Shown in pieces: positions 46,861 to 55,310 of a DNA stretch of 64,000 nucleotides (position 1 is the stretch's first letter; every line of letters starts with the position of its first letter). Under the pieces are notes generated by a model. It ran no database searches, was not told where the DNA came from, and saw only the letters and a program-made list of their open reading frames with translations. Where the stretch lies: positions 7,670 to 71,669 of the forward strand of contig JAIRNR010000003.1 in assembly GCA_031257915.1 (NCBI GenBank), in the 5' to 3' direction. This stretch comes from Bacteroidales bacterium (GTDB lineage: Bacteria; Bacteroidota; Bacteroidia; Bacteroidales; P3). Both the position numbers and the translations under genes were made by a program.

Positions 46861-48357
46861 ATGGGTATAGTTATACGTCAGAGTATTAAAGGCACTGTTG
46901 TTACATACACCGGTGCATTTATCGGCTTTATCAGCACACTTTTCATCTTTACGCACCTGCTTACGCCTGAGGAAATAGGCTTGCAGCGCATTATCATTGA
47001 AGCAGGTCTTATGCTCGGTGGTTTGGCACAACTCGGAACATCAAGTTTGGGCATTCGTTTTTTTCCACATTTTAAAAGTGAGGACGGGAAAAATAATGGT
47101 TTTTTACTTTATCTCGCCACATTCCCATTATTCGGCATTTTATTTTTCTTTACTGCTTTTCTCGTTTTTAAAGTTCCTGTGAGTAATTATTTCAGTGAAA
47201 ATTCGGAATTATTTATTGACTACTATTACTACATATTTCCTCTTGCTGCTGCTTACGTATATCAAATTGTTTTTTCCACTTATGCAAATTCGTTAATGCG
47301 CATTGTGGTACCTCGTATTACGCAGGAGATTCTTATAAGATTAGTACTTTTGGCAGGCGTACTGCTTTATCATTTCAAGATAATCAGTTTAGACGGACTT
47401 GTTTTGAGTACGGTTATAGCATATATGCTTGCAATGCTTGTTAATTTTTTCTATCTGTTCAAAATCGGTACCGTATCTTTCAGGCGTACAAAAGGATTTG
47501 TTACTCCGGAATTGCGGAACAAAATGATAAATTATATGCTGTATCTTTTGGCAATATCGCTGATGGGGATTTTGTCGTCAAGAATAGATATTTTTATGGT
47601 GAGTGCTAAAATAGGACTTGCTTTTACTGCTGTCTATAGCATTGCTTATTACGTTGCGGCAATTATTGAAATGCCTTCGCGTTCGGTGTCGGCAATAGTT
47701 TCGCCGATTATTGCCGCAGCAATAAAAGAAGACGACAAAAAAACACTCAAAACAATTTACGATAAAGTCGCAATAAATCAGTACCTGTTCGGTATGCTGA
47801 TTTTTTTGGTATTGTGGATTAACATTGACAATTTATTCTCCTTTATTCCCAATGGTGATTTTTACAACCAGGGCAAATACGTAGTACTTTTTATAGGTTT
47901 GTCAAAACTTGTTGAAGCGGCATTTTCTTTAAGCAGCACTATTCTTTCGTATTCAAAATATTATCGTTATTCGGTTTTGTTTACGATTATTTATGGAGTA
48001 GCAATTGTTTTATCAAATAACTGGCTTATCCCTGCTTTAGGTATAACAGGTGCAGCCGTTGCTTCTCTTGGAGTGATATTTATTTTTCGTCTTTTTTATA
48101 CGCTTTTTGTCTGGTATAAATCAAAGGTTCACCCTTTCAGCTGGGAGTTGCTTTTAATTTCGGGTATGTTGTTATCGGGTATATGTATAGATATGCTATT
48201 ACCTGAATTACAAAATATTTATTTGGATGCATTTATACGTACGGTTACGGTTATGGGCTGTATTTGTGCGATAATTTATTTTACAAAAATTTCTGTAGAA
48301 GTAAACAGTATAATTGACAGAGTATTGAAAACAGTAAGACGCTATATTAAACGATGA
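46861..48357 (+). CDS. MOP-superfamily polysaccharide/oligosaccharide flippase (Wzx-like)
   Basis: 498 aa with about 14 predicted TM helices and typical N-terminal basic/Gly-rich loops. TATCTTTG / TAAATTTG boxes lie directly upstream. Confidence 0.7.
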   Translation: MGIVIRQSIKGTVVTYTGAFIGFISTLFIFTHLLTPEEIGLQRIIIEAGLMLGGLAQLGTSSLGIRFFPHFKSEDGKNNGFLLYLATFPLFGILFFFTAFLVFKVPVSNYFSENSELFIDYYYYIFPLAAAYVYQIVFSTYANSLMRIVVPRITQEILIRLVLLAGVLLYHFKIISLDGLVLSTVIAYMLAMLVNFFYLFKIGTVSFRRTKGFVTPELRNKMINYMLYLLAISLMGILSSRIDIFMVSAKIGLAFTAVYSIAYYVAAIIEMPSRSVSAIVSPIIAAAIKEDDKKTLKTIYDKVAINQYLFGMLIFLVLWINIDNLFSFIPNGDFYNQGKYVVLFIGLSKLVEAAFSLSSTILSYSKYYRYSVLFTIIYGVAIVLSNNWLIPALGITGAAVASLGVIFIFRLFYTLFVWYKSKVHPFSWELLLISGMLLSGICIDMLLPELQNIYLDAFIRTVTVMGCICAIIYFTKISVEVNSIIDRVLKTVRRYIKR

Positions 48358-48905
48358 TTTTCTTTTCATTATTTTGGGCATTTTTTAAAATCGGACTTTT
48401 CGGTTTCGGTGGCGGATATGCAATCTTACCAATGATACAAAACGAAGTTACCGTACGTCATAACTGGATTGATGCGGTGCAATTTTCCGATATGATTGCA
48501 ATTTCACAAACAACTCCGGGACCTGTAAGCATAAATTGTGCAACATACACAGGATACATTGTAACTTATGGCATTTATGATTCTTATGTGCTCGGCATTG
48601 CAGGCTCTGTTTTGGCAAGTGCGGCACTGTGTTTACCGTCGTTGCTTGTAATTTGGGGCATATTGGCGTTGCTGGTGCGTTACCGCAACAATCGTTTCGT
48701 TATAAATATTTTTTCAATACTGCGGATAGTTGTTTCGGGTTTGATATTTGCTGCTGCAATGCTTCTTGCAACGCCGAATACATTTGCCGATATATGGAGT
48801 GTTGTAATTTGCGCCGCTTCGTTTTTAATATTGTTTTTTTTCAAAAAAGTCAATCCGATATTATTGATTATTATATCGGGTGTGGCGGGTGTGTTGATAT
48901 ATTAG
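48354..48905 (+). CDS. chromate-transporter (CHR) family protein, single-domain type
   Basis: FGGGYAILPMIQNEVV...ISQTTPGPVSIN is the CHR motif. ATGA overlap with the upstream gene. Confidence 0.8.
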   Translation: MIFFSLFWAFFKIGLFGFGGGYAILPMIQNEVTVRHNWIDAVQFSDMIAISQTTPGPVSINCATYTGYIVTYGIYDSYVLGIAGSVLASAALCLPSLLVIWGILALLVRYRNNRFVINIFSILRIVVSGLIFAAAMLLATPNTFADIWSVVICAASFLILFFFKKVNPILLIIISGVAGVLIY

Positions 48906-48908
48906 ATT

Positions 48909-49781
48909 ATGATTTTTTTTCCACATGCAAAAATAAATATAGGGTTGCAGGTACTGCGCAAGCGTGAAGACGGTTTTCACGACCTCTCACTGTCGTTTGT
49001 TCCGCTTTGGGATTTACACGATATTCTTGAAATTATACCTGCCGAAAAGGACAGTTTTAAAGTTATAAACTGTTCGGATATGCCTGCTTTGGGAAGCGGT
49101 CATACCGATAATCTTGTTGTCAAGGCACGTGATTTATTGCGCAGATATGCAGATATTCCTCCCTGTGCAATTTATTTATACAAACATATTCCAATCGGTG
49201 CGGGTCTTGGCGGGGGCAGCAGCGACTGTGCATATACTCTGCACGGATTAAACAAAGTGTTTTCGCTCGGATTTTCTATTGATGAATTACAAAACCATGT
49301 TCGTCTGCTCGGCAGCGACTGTGCATTTTTTTTAGAAAACGGAAAGCGGATTGCAAACGGCAGGGGAGATTATTTTACAGCATTTGAACGATGTACGCCT
49401 GCAAATATTTACGATGTTGTTGTTATAAAGCCGTCTTTTTCCATATCCACCGCAGAGGCATACGAAAGCGTAATACCTGATGCAAATCGTCCCTCTCTCA
49501 CGGAGTTTTTGCGTCTGCCGCTTGAGCAATGGCGGAATAATATAGAAAACGATTTTGAAAAGTTTTTGCGTGAGAAATATCCGCAAATAGAGGAAATAAA
49601 AAACGAACTGTACGAAAAAGGTGCTTTATATGCTTCGCTGAGTGGCAGCGGGTCTGCAATCTACGGAATTTTTGAACATGGGTGTTCGCCCCGCTTTAAT
49701 GCTGCAATAACGGCTGACGCTACCTCTGCAATTCCTGCGCTTGCGGGGTGTCGGATTTTTTATTGTTTTTTGGAGATATGA
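48909..49781 (+). CDS. ispE: 4-(cytidine 5'-diphospho)-2-C-methyl-D-erythritol kinase
   Basis: AKINIGLQVLRKREDGFHDL and the GHMP motif IPIGAGLGGGSSDCA. Confidence 0.9.
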   Translation: MIFFPHAKINIGLQVLRKREDGFHDLSLSFVPLWDLHDILEIIPAEKDSFKVINCSDMPALGSGHTDNLVVKARDLLRRYADIPPCAIYLYKHIPIGAGLGGGSSDCAYTLHGLNKVFSLGFSIDELQNHVRLLGSDCAFFLENGKRIANGRGDYFTAFERCTPANIYDVVVIKPSFSISTAEAYESVIPDANRPSLTEFLRLPLEQWRNNIENDFEKFLREKYPQIEEIKNELYEKGALYASLSGSGSAIYGIFEHGCSPRFNAAITADATSAIPALAGCRIFYCFLEI

Positions 49782-49842
49782 GGTTTTGTTGAAGAAAATA
49801 TTCTTTTCGTAATGATCTGATCGTTTATATTGATTTTTGATT

Positions 49843-50256
49843 TTATGCAGATTCTGCTCCTTTATAGTGTTTGGCTGCCCATGAAATTACATACTTTCCT
49901 TCATCCATTGCTGTTTGAACAATTTTATAGCTCAAAACACCATCATAGCCCAAAGTAAGATGTAACAAGTCGTATGCCGTTTTAAGAGTTCTCGGCATTT
50001 TTTTATCTTTTTTATTAAGTGCATCAAGATAATCCTTAATGTCGGGACGTTGTTTTGGTTTTAAATTTTTACGAACAGGCAATACGCCGTCAAGCGCAAT
50101 AAGTACGCCTTTCCAAGCGGTATCGCCCGCCATTCTAACATATTTAGGATCGTTATAATAACCGCCGTCTTTCTCGGCTTTCGTAGATAAAATTTCACGA
50201 GCATTATCTAAATAACGTTGCGCCTCTTTAATCGGATTTTTGTGAACTGTTGCCAT
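49843..50256 (-). CDS. small all-helical protein (DUF5618-like by recollection), accessory
   Basis: MATVHKNPIKEAQRYLDNAREIL...HLTLGYDG is a four-helix, HEPN-like pattern. AT-rich. The family name is recalled from memory only. Confidence 0.45.
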   Translation of the reverse strand: MATVHKNPIKEAQRYLDNAREILSTKAEKDGGYYNDPKYVRMAGDTAWKGVLIALDGVLPVRKNLKPKQRPDIKDYLDALNKKDKKMPRTLKTAYDLLHLTLGYDGVLSYKIVQTAMDEGKYVISWAAKHYKGAESA

Positions 50257-50330
50257 AGATTTATTATTTTCAATTTCACACGAAGTTAGTAAAAAACTCA
50301 ATATTCTTATTCAGAGCTCTTCACCCGGCC

Positions 50331-50463
50331 AGGGTCAACGCATTAAAATTTTAATTCCCTTATTTACAGATGTTTATAAATCTAATTTTTACCAAATTAT
50401 GAAATATTTCTATATGTAACTTGCTGATTAACACTATTGTATAATTTTTAATGCGTTGACCCT
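50331..50463. mobile_element. MITE-like element (133 bp) with perfect 18-bp terminal inverted repeats AGGGTCAACGCATTAAAA
   Basis: Left arm at 50331-50348 and right arm at 50446-50463 are exact reverse complements. (CT)CTTCACCCGGC lies outside both ends (50317-50329 and 50462/4-50474). The interior is AT-rich with no ORF. Confidence 0.75.
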
Positions 50464-50474
50464 CTTCACCCGGC

Positions 50475-50488
50475 AGGGCAAACCTTAA
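50475..50488 (+). repeat. solo repeat arm AGGGCAAACCTTAA
   Basis: Identical to the arm at 5104-5117. It lies 11 nt after the right end of the 50331-50463 element. Confidence 0.6.
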
Positions 50489-50613
50489 TATCATGATAAA
50501 AAACAAACAATTTAAATTGCCTCTGCCGAAGCACCGCATTTGCAGGAAATTTCGTAACTTTATCACAAAGCCCGGCTTGTTGACTGTGTCGCAGACGAGC
50601 GAGTTGTAAATGT

Positions 50614-51255
50614 ATGAAAAGACAAAGCAGTGCAATGGATTTATCATCGGTGATTACCGATGCGATGTTTGATAAAAAGGCATCAAAAATTATAGTGATG
50701 GATATGCGTAGCGTAGGCGGGGCGTCGTTTGATGTTTTTGTCGTGTGTGAAGCGGTATCGGCAATTCAGGTAAAATCAATAGCAGACGGAATAGAAGAAC
50801 AGGTTTTTAAGCAACTGCACGAACATCCGTTACATAGCGAGGGCTTTACTAATGCGGAATGGATACTTCTTGATTACGGCAATGTCGTAGTACACGTTTT
50901 TCAGGAAAAAATACGTAAACATATAAATTTGGAAGAGCTTTGGTCTGACGCTAAAACGACTGAGCCGAAAGAAAAGAAACCTGTTGTAGCGAAAACGTCA
51001 GCAACGAAAACCGCAACGAAAGCCGCAACGAAAGCCGCAACGAAAGCCGCAACGAAAACCGCAACGAAAACCGCAACGAAAACCGCAACGAAAATCGCAA
51101 CGAAAACCGCAACGAAAGCCGCAACGAAAGCCGCAACGAAAACATCAACGCCAAAAGCCGCAACGAAAACGTCAACATCAAAAACAAAAAAATCACAAAA
51201 AATTATAAATGGAACAACAGGGAAATCAACGTCCGCAACCGCAAGGACAAAATAA
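50614..51255 (+). CDS. rsfS: ribosome silencing factor RsfS with a ~85-aa Lys/Thr/Ala-rich repeat tail
   Basis: Core: DMRSVGGASFDVFVVCEAVSAIQVKSIADGIEE...WILLDYGNVVVHVFQEKIRKHINLEELW. The tail is (A/T)ATK x12 plus degenerate units. Confidence 0.85.
   Translation: MKRQSSAMDLSSVITDAMFDKKASKIIVMDMRSVGGASFDVFVVCEAVSAIQVKSIADGIEEQVFKQLHEHPLHSEGFTNAEWILLDYGNVVVHVFQEKIRKHINLEELWSDAKTTEPKEKKPVVAKTSATKTATKAATKAATKAATKTATKTATKTATKIATKTATKAATKAATKTSTPKAATKTSTSKTKKSQKIINGTTGKSTSATARTK
50995..51185 (+). repeat. 12-bp tandem repeat GCAACGAAARYC (12 regular units plus degenerate flanking units)
   Basis: Units in phase from 51001 to about 51144. In frame with rsfS. Confidence 0.9.
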
Positions 51256-53224
51256 CGGTAATAAAGGCGGCAAGCGTTTTAGGTTCAACATGAATTTAAT
51301 TTATATCGCAATTGTTGCGGTAATAATTTATTTGCAATTTACGTCTAACGGTTTTTGGCAGCCGAAAAGTTTCAATACTACATTGTACAAATTAGAGCAA
51401 ATGCTCGTAAAAAACGATGTATCTAAAATAATTGTAGTAAATAAGGAATTTGCGGAAATATATATCAAAACGCAGTCTGTCTATGCCGACAGCACTTACA
51501 AACAGTTAAGAGAAGAAGATGGCTTTTCAAATAAAAAATTCTATATCTACAAATTTCTTTCGGCAGATAATTTTGAAAAGGAATTTAATAGGATTCAAGA
51601 AGAAGCACGTGAGAAAAATCCCGCATTAACAGAGCAAAATCAAATAGAACTTACTCCTGAAATACGTACTTCCTTTTGGGACGGATGGGGTAGTTTTATT
51701 TGGATTGGTATGATGATTCTTATATTTATTATGATTTTCCGCAGTGCAAGTTCGGCGATGGGCGGCGGAGCCGGCGGCGGAGGCGGAATTTTTTCTTTCG
51801 GCAAAAGTAAGGCACAACTTTACGATAAGGATACGAAAGTTGCCGTAACATTTAAAGACGTTGCAGGTTTGGAAGAGGCGAAAGTAGAGATAATGGAGAT
51901 TGTTGATTTTCTAAAAAATCCTAAACGTTATACCGATTTGGGCGGAAAAATTCCCAAAGGTGCGCTTCTTGTAGGTCCTCCCGGTACAGGAAAAACACTT
52001 CTTGCAAAAGCAGTAGCAGGTGAAGCGAAAGTTCCGTTTTTTTCTATTTCGGGATCTGATTTTGTTGAAATGTTTGTAGGTGTGGGGGCGTCGAGAGTAA
52101 GAGATCTTTTCCGCCGTGCAAAAGAAAAAGCACCATGTATTATTTTTATAGATGAAATAGATGCAATAGGACGTGCGCGTGGAAAAAATGTTTTTACAGG
52201 CGGTAATGATGAACGTGAAAGTACTCTCAATCAACTTTTAACCGAAATGGATGGTTTCGGCACAAATAGCGGTGTTATTATGCTTGCGGCAACAAACCGT
52301 GCCGACGTACTTGACAGTGCGTTGCTTCGTGCAGGACGTTTCGATCGTCAAATACATGTGGAGTTACCGGACCTTGAAGAGCGTAAGGCAATTTTCGGAG
52401 TACATTTAAAACCGATAAAAAAATCGGACGATATAGACCTTGATTTTCTTTCAAAGCAAACACCCGGATTTTCCGGTGCGGATATTGCAAATGTATGTAA
52501 CGAAGCCGCACTTATTGCAGCGAGAAATAACCATAAGAACGTAGGGCGTCAGGATTTCTTAGACGCTATAGACCGAATTGTCGGCGGGTTGGAGCGCAGA
52601 AGCAAAATAATTACAAAAGAGGAAAAAAATGTTATATCATACCATGAAGCGGGACATGCTGCTGTAAGCTGGATGCTGAAACATGCAAATCCCCTTGTAA
52701 AAGTTACAATAGTACCGCGTGGAAAATCGCTTGGTGCAGCGTGGTATTTACCTGAAGAGAGGCAAATAACGACCATAGAACAGATGCTTGATGAAATGAC
52801 GGCAACACTCGGCGGACGTGCGAGTGAAGAAGTTGTATTCGGACAGCCGTCGACAGGTGCGCTTAATGATTTGGAACGTGTAACGAAACAGGCGTATTCA
52901 ATGATTGTCTATTACGGAATGAATAAAGAAATAGGTACATTGTCTTATTACGATTCCACGGGTCAGCAAGAGTATTCGTTCGGAAAACCATATAGCGAGA
53001 AAACAGCCGAAACAATAGATGTGCAAGTGCGTAAAATGGTTGAGATGTGTTACGAAAATGCAAAGAAAATTTTACGCGAAAATCGTGAAAAATTAGATAA
53101 ACTTGCAAATATACTTTGTGAAAGAGAAGTTATCTTCAGGGATGATGTTGAACATATTTTCGGTCCGCGCCCGTTTAGTAAATCACAGGGGGATATTGCC
53201 GCGGACCAGGCGAAACCTGAATAA
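51209..53224 (+). CDS. ftsH: ATP-dependent zinc metalloprotease FtsH
   Basis: [21 protein letters not shown] region, zinc site HEAGHA. The start overlaps the rsfS tail by 47 nt. Confidence 0.96.
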   Translation: MEQQGNQRPQPQGQNNGNKGGKRFRFNMNLIYIAIVAVIIYLQFTSNGFWQPKSFNTTLYKLEQMLVKNDVSKIIVVNKEFAEIYIKTQSVYADSTYKQLREEDGFSNKKFYIYKFLSADNFEKEFNRIQEEAREKNPALTEQNQIELTPEIRTSFWDGWGSFIWIGMMILIFIMIFRSASSAMGGGAGGGGGIFSFGKSKAQLYDKDTKVAVTFKDVAGLEEAKVEIMEIVDFLKNPKRYTDLGGKIPKGALLVGPPGTGKTLLAKAVAGEAKVPFFSISGSDFVEMFVGVGASRVRDLFRRAKEKAPCIIFIDEIDAIGRARGKNVFTGGNDERESTLNQLLTEMDGFGTNSGVIMLAATNRADVLDSALLRAGRFDRQIHVELPDLEERKAIFGVHLKPIKKSDDIDLDFLSKQTPGFSGADIANVCNEAALIAARNNHKNVGRQDFLDAIDRIVGGLERRSKIITKEEKNVISYHEAGHAAVSWMLKHANPLVKVTIVPRGKSLGAAWYLPEERQITTIEQMLDEMTATLGGRASEEVVFGQPSTGALNDLERVTKQAYSMIVYYGMNKEIGTLSYYDSTGQQEYSFGKPYSEKTAETIDVQVRKMVEMCYENAKKILRENREKLDKLANILCEREVIFRDDVEHIFGPRPFSKSQGDIAADQAKPE

Positions 53225-53232
53225 ATAAAGTT

Positions 53233-53871
53233 ATGAGTTTTATATCAAGAAAAGAAAACATTTTAAGAAAAGTTGTTGAAGCACTTGTATCTCCGATGGA
53301 AAATCCGTATCCCGAACTTGATTTGGAAGAAGAAGTGCTTTTACGCACGAATGAGCATGAAGATGTTCGTTTTGCGGAAAATTTTATAAATCTCGGCGGA
53401 AAATTTATTTATTGCTCAGATGTATTAGAGGCGATTCAGGGTTTTAGAATGTTTGCGGAAAAGGGAAAATGGACAGGCAGAATTTTTTGCGGTGACAGTG
53501 ATATTGCATGTTTTTTGCAAAAAGCAGGTTTACAATTCGGACAGACGGAAAAAGATGCAGTAATAAAAAACGTTGTATTTTTGCCCGTTCATGCACTTGT
53601 TGTTGATGTGGGATGTGTAATTTATCCAATCAGGGGATATGCGCGTTATGCAGTTGCAAATGCGGAAACAATTGTTTTTGTTGCGACAGTGGGACAGCTT
53701 ATATCCGACTTAAAAGAAGCCTACGGAATAGTGAAAAAGAAAGCCGAAATTCTAACTGCGGTAACATCCGTATTTTCGGGTTTAAGCAAGATAAAAGATG
53801 TTGATGGAAATGAATTTCCCGGTTTCGGTGCAAAAGAAGTATATTTGTTTTTAATAGATGTCGTGGAGTAA
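53233..53871 (+). CDS. LUD-domain (LutC/YkgG-like) protein
   Basis: Size, N-terminal SRKENILRKV, and the position between ftsH and cdsA are typical of Bacteroidetes LUD-domain proteins. The assignment is from memory. Confidence 0.55.
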   Translation: MSFISRKENILRKVVEALVSPMENPYPELDLEEEVLLRTNEHEDVRFAENFINLGGKFIYCSDVLEAIQGFRMFAEKGKWTGRIFCGDSDIACFLQKAGLQFGQTEKDAVIKNVVFLPVHALVVDVGCVIYPIRGYARYAVANAETIVFVATVGQLISDLKEAYGIVKKKAEILTAVTSVFSGLSKIKDVDGNEFPGFGAKEVYLFLIDVVE

Positions 53872-53909
53872 TTATGAGGAATGGGGCAGATGCAGATTAG
53901 TAATAACTT

Positions 53910-54548
53910 ATGATAAAGGCAAAAGAATGGATAATACGAACAGTTAGCGGTGTTGTTTTTACTGCTGTAATGTTATTCTGTATTTTATACAGTGAATATA
54001 CGGGATGGGCATTGTTTGCGGTTATTGCAGCGGGATGTTTTTATGAGTGGTTTCGACTGATGAAAACAAGTAATTTTAATTGGTTCTTTAAAAATATATT
54101 TCCGTTTTTTTATATATGTATTCCTGCGGGTACGGCGTGTTATTTATGTCGGGTTAAGCCTGAACTGCTGTTATCTTTGTTTGTGTTGATTTGGGTAAAC
54201 GATATAATGGCATTTGTTATCGGTTCGCTTTTCGGACGGCATAAATTTTCGTCTTATTCACCGAGTAAAACTTGGGAAGGAACTGTCGGCGGTGTTATTT
54301 TTTCCGCAGGTGCAGGTGTTTTGATTTGGTATTTTTTTGGAAAAAAAGATATTTTGATTTGGTGGATTTTGTTCGGTATAACCGTTGGTGCGGCAAGTGT
54401 TCTCGGCGATTTATTCGAATCATATATAAAGCGTAGAGCAGGTGTGAAAGATTCAGGTAAGATGATGCCCGGACACGGTGGCTTTTTAGATAGATTCGAC
54501 AGTTTTCTTTTTGCTGCTTTATTAGCGGTGATAATATTGATTGTTTGA
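53910..54548 (+). CDS. cdsA: phosphatidate cytidylyltransferase
   Basis: SPSKTWEG and the C-terminal signature SYIKRRAGVKDSGKMMPGHGGFLDRFDS. Confidence 0.87.
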   Translation: MIKAKEWIIRTVSGVVFTAVMLFCILYSEYTGWALFAVIAAGCFYEWFRLMKTSNFNWFFKNIFPFFYICIPAGTACYLCRVKPELLLSLFVLIWVNDIMAFVIGSLFGRHKFSSYSPSKTWEGTVGGVIFSAGAGVLIWYFFGKKDILIWWILFGITVGAASVLGDLFESYIKRRAGVKDSGKMMPGHGGFLDRFDSFLFAALLAVIILIV

Positions 54549-54637
54549 ATATAAAACGAAGTTTATTAAAAATTGACAGTGTTAATAAATGGATAAAGTA
54601 AAACGCTCATTGATGCTATAATTAGAATTTTTAATCT

Positions 54638-55297
54638 ATGAAATATTACATCCATAAAGAAGGAACTATAAGTATAATAGTTGCGTTCATTTTGCTTGGT
54701 GCGGCGGCGGCGGCGGCATTGCTGTTCTTACCGCTGTGGGCGGGCATAACAATAGTGGTCATCTGTTCGTTGCTGTGGCTTGCGGTAATATCTTTTTTCC
54801 GTATCCCGATAAGAAAGCAGTTGCAATTCGGAAAAGAAGATGTCGTTGCACCCGCCGATGGAAAGATTGTAAATATCGGCAAGATATATGAAAAGGAATT
54901 TTTTAAAGATGAAAGGTTGATTATTTCAATTTTTATGTCACCTGCAAACGTTCATATAAACCGTTTTCCGATAGACGGAATTGTAAAATATGTAAAATAT
55001 CATGCAGGAAAATATTTTGTTGCGTTTCACGAAAAATCGTCGGAATTAAATGAGCGGAATACTGTTGTAATTGAAACGGAACAACATCAGATTTTAGTAC
55101 GTCAAATTGCGGGTGCGGTTGCACGCAGAATTGCATGCTATACCGGACAGCAAAAAAAAGCAGTACGCTGTGGCGAATTCGGCTTTATCCGTTTTGGCTC
55201 TCGTGTAGATACTTATCTGCCTGTAAGCGCAAAACCGACTGTTGAACTCGGTCAAAAGGTAAAGAGCGGAATAACTGTTATAGCGAAATTAGAATAA
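54638..55297 (+). CDS. psd: phosphatidylserine decarboxylase proenzyme (short type)
   Basis: SPANVHINRFP, and FGFIRFGSRVD containing the G-S self-cleavage site. Confidence 0.87.
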   Translation: MKYYIHKEGTISIIVAFILLGAAAAAALLFLPLWAGITIVVICSLLWLAVISFFRIPIRKQLQFGKEDVVAPADGKIVNIGKIYEKEFFKDERLIISIFMSPANVHINRFPIDGIVKYVKYHAGKYFVAFHEKSSELNERNTVVIETEQHQILVRQIAGAVARRIACYTGQQKKAVRCGEFGFIRFGSRVDTYLPVSAKPTVELGQKVKSGITVIAKLE

Positions 55298-55310
55298 TTT
55301 TTTAAGTATT

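Noticed and set aside
50951-51196. Minus-strand ORF encoding LRFSLRFS... repeats
   Set aside because: It is an antisense reading of the 12-bp rsfS tail repeat. Only the plus frame is continuous with a recognisable RsfS core.
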